The notes beneath the pieces are model-generated. The model worked only from the letters and a program-made list of their open reading frames with translations, searched no databases and was not told the origin of the DNA. This document shows positions 62,046-64,000 of a stretch of DNA of 64,000 nucleotides, piece by piece (positions within the stretch are counted from its first letter, which is position 1; every line of letters starts with the position of its first letter). The position numbers and the translations under genes were made by a program. Origin of the DNA: an uncultured delta proteobacterium (GTDB taxonomy: Bacteria > Desulfobacterota > Binatia > UBA9968); contig CAVXEP010000005.1 in assembly GCA_963760795.1 (NCBI GenBank), forward strand, positions 1 to 64,000. Reading direction: 5' to 3'.

Positions 62046-64000
62046 ATGAATTTAGAAAAACTCACCACCAAATCTCAAGAGGCATTGCGCGACGCCCAGT
62101 CACTGGCCGAGAAGCGCAACCACCAGGCCCTCGATGTCGAACACCTGCTTTTCTCACTATTTGGACAGAAGGAAGGCGTGGTCCTGTCGCTGTTGCAAAA
62201 GCTCGGCGTGCCGCTGACCCAGGTGACCGAAAGACTGCAAAAAGCCCTCGACCGTCTGCCTCAAGTGACCGGCGCCAGCGGCCAAAGCTATATCACGCCA
62301 CGGCTCAAGAAAGTCATCGAAAGCGCCGAGTCCGAAGCCGAAGCCTTGAAAGACGAGTATGTCTCCACCGAGCACTTGCTGCTTTCCATTGTGCAAGACA
62401 GCGGCGAAGCTGGGAAAGTCCTCAAGGAGCTGGGCGCAACTCGCGATAAAATTCTCAACGCCCTGGTCAGCATTCGCGGCTCTCAACGCATCACCGATCC
62501 GAATCCAGAAGAAAAATATCAGTCCTTGGAAAAGTATGGCCGCGATCTCACCGACCTCGCTCGCAAGGGCAAGCTCGATCCGGTGATTGGCCGCGACGAC
62601 GAGATTCGCCGGGTGATTCAAGTGCTATCGCGCCGGACTAAGAACAATCCGGTGCTGATCGGCGAGCCGGGCGTCGGTAAGACCGCCATCGTGGAAGGCC
62701 TCGCCTTGCGCATCGTCAACGGCGATGTCCCGGAAGGATTGAAGGACAAAAAACTTATCTCGCTGGATCTCAGCGCCTTGGTCGCCGGGGCGAAGTTCCG
62801 CGGCGAGTTTGAAGACCGACTCAAAGCGGTTTTGAAGGAAGTCACCGAGGCCAACGGCCAGATCGTGCTGTTCATCGATGAGCTGCATACATTAGTCGGC
62901 GCCGGCGCCGCCGAAGGCGCCATGGATGCATCGAATATGCTCAAGCCCGCCCTGGCGCGCGGCGAGCTGCGCTGCGTCGGCGCGACGACGCTGGACGAGT
63001 ACCGCAAACGAGTGGAAAAGGATCCGGCGCTGGAACGACGCTTTCAACAAGTCTACGTCGGCGAGCCTTCGGTGCAAGACACCATCGCCATCCTGCGCGG
63101 CTTGAAGGAACGCTACGAAGTCCATCACGGTGTGCGCATTACCGACCCGGCGATAATTGCCGCGGCGACGCTGTCGCACCGCTATATCAGCGACCGCTTC
63201 CTGCCAGACAAAGCCATCGACTTGATCGACGAAGCCGCGTCGCGGCTGCGCATTGAAATCGACAGCATGCCCATGGAAATCGACGAGGTCGAGCGCAAGA
63301 TCATGCAATTGGAGATCGAGCGCCAGGCACTCAAGCGCGAAGAGGACAAAGCGTCAATGGATCGTTTGGCGCAGCTCGAACGGGATATTCACAATTTGAA
63401 GGAGGCCTCGAGCGGTCTCAAAACTCATTGGCAGAATGAAAAAGCCGCCATCCAACAGCTGCGTGGCATCAAGGAAAAAATCGAAGCGACCAAGGTGGAA
63501 GAACAAAAAGCCCAACGCGAGGGCAACCTCAACAAGGCGGCTGAGCTGCGCTACGGCACCTTGACGCAGTTGCAGAAAGATAGCGATGCGGCCAATCAGA
63601 AACTCGCCGAACTGCAAACCCATCAGAAGATGCTCAAGGAAGAGGTCGACGCCGAAGATATCGCCGAAGTGGTGGCCAAATGGACCGGCGTTCCGGTGTC
63701 GAAAATGCTCGAAGGCGAACTCCAAAAGTTACTTAAAATGGAAGAGCGGCTAAAGCTCCGCGTCGTCGGCCAGGAGAACGCGATTATCGCGGTGTCCAAC
63801 GCCGTGCGCCGCGCCCGCGCCGGCTTGCAAGATAGCAACCGGCCGATCGGCTCGTTTATCTTTCTCGGTCCCACCGGCGTCGGTAAGACTGAACTCTGCC
63901 GGGCGTTGGCCGAGTTTCTCTTCGACGACGAGCAGGCCATCGTCCGCCTCGACATGTCGGAGTACATGGAAAAACATTCGGTATCGCGGTTGATCGGCGC
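62046..64000 (+). CDS. clpB: Chaperone ClpB (runs off the window end, so absent from the ORF track)
   Basis: Translated by hand: [66 protein letters not shown]-domain [19 protein letters not shown]. Confidence 0.96.
   Translation, partial: MNLEKLTTKSQEALRDAQSLAEKRNHQALDVEHLLFSLFGQKEGVVLSLLQKLGVPLTQVTERLQKALDRLPQVTGASGQSYITPRLKKVIESAESEAEALKDEYVSTEHLLLSIVQDSGEAGKVLKELGATRDKILNALVSIRGSQRITDPNPEEKYQSLEKYGRDLTDLARKGKLDPVIGRDDEIRRVIQVLSRRTKNNPVLIGEPGVGKTAIVEGLALRIVNGDVPEGLKDKKLISLDLSALVAGAKFRGEFEDRLKAVLKEVTEANGQIVLFIDELHTLVGAGAAEGAMDASNMLKPALARGELRCVGATTLDEYRKRVEKDPALERRFQQVYVGEPSVQDTIAILRGLKERYEVHHGVRITDPAIIAAATLSHRYISDRFLPDKAIDLIDEAASRLRIEIDSMPMEIDEVERKIMQLEIERQALKREEDKASMDRLAQLERDIHNLKEASSGLKTHWQNEKAAIQQLRGIKEKIEATKVEEQKAQREGNLNKAAELRYGTLTQLQKDSDAANQKLAELQTHQKMLKEEVDAEDIAEVVAKWTGVPVSKMLEGELQKLLKMEERLKLRVVGQENAIIAVSNAVRRARAGLQDSNRPIGSFIFLGPTGVGKTELCRALAEFLFDDEQAIVRLDMSEYMEKHSVSRLIG

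Noticed and set aside
62046-64000. clpB as part of the coiled-coil/KaiC system
   Set aside because: It has its own sigma70-like promoter and RBS after a 120-bp gap; adjacency alone is not evidence.

Overview
64 kb of a GC-rich Gram-negative bacterial chromosome. The amidohydrolase and NitT/TauT solute-binding paralogues, F420 genes and dense palindromic intergenic repeats suggest a Binatota/Deltaproteobacteria-like MAG (inference). Many otherwise intact genes carry single-base indels, most likely long-read errors. In order: RND efflux operon; alpha/beta hydrolase; an ECF-sigma-led alkylation-repair operon (Ogt with a C-terminal Ada Zn domain, AlkA, Ogt, 2OG oxygenase); flavoprotein disulfide reductase; bioF-bioA-bioD; radA; tRNA-Leu(CAA); a decayed island (integrase tail, RAYT remnant, complete IS1182-like element with TIRs and TSD, cardiolipin synthase, alpha-carbonic anhydrase, ligD fragment, TIR-membrane fusion, GST, two TE-less NRPS proteins); an ECF/anti-sigma/DUF3106-like module; cofG-cofD-cofC-cofE-npdG; three amidohydrolases; recD2; a CNNM/HlyC protein; hisC; a ~1,600-aa coiled-coil gene with six 267-bp repeats followed by two single-domain KaiC-like ATPases behind a candidate sigma54/IHF promoter; and the 5' part of clpB. 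Best candidates for an undescribed system: the coiled-coil plus twin-KaiC operon, the ECF plus Ogt-Ada module, the TE-less NRPS pair and the TIR-Yip1-like fusion.
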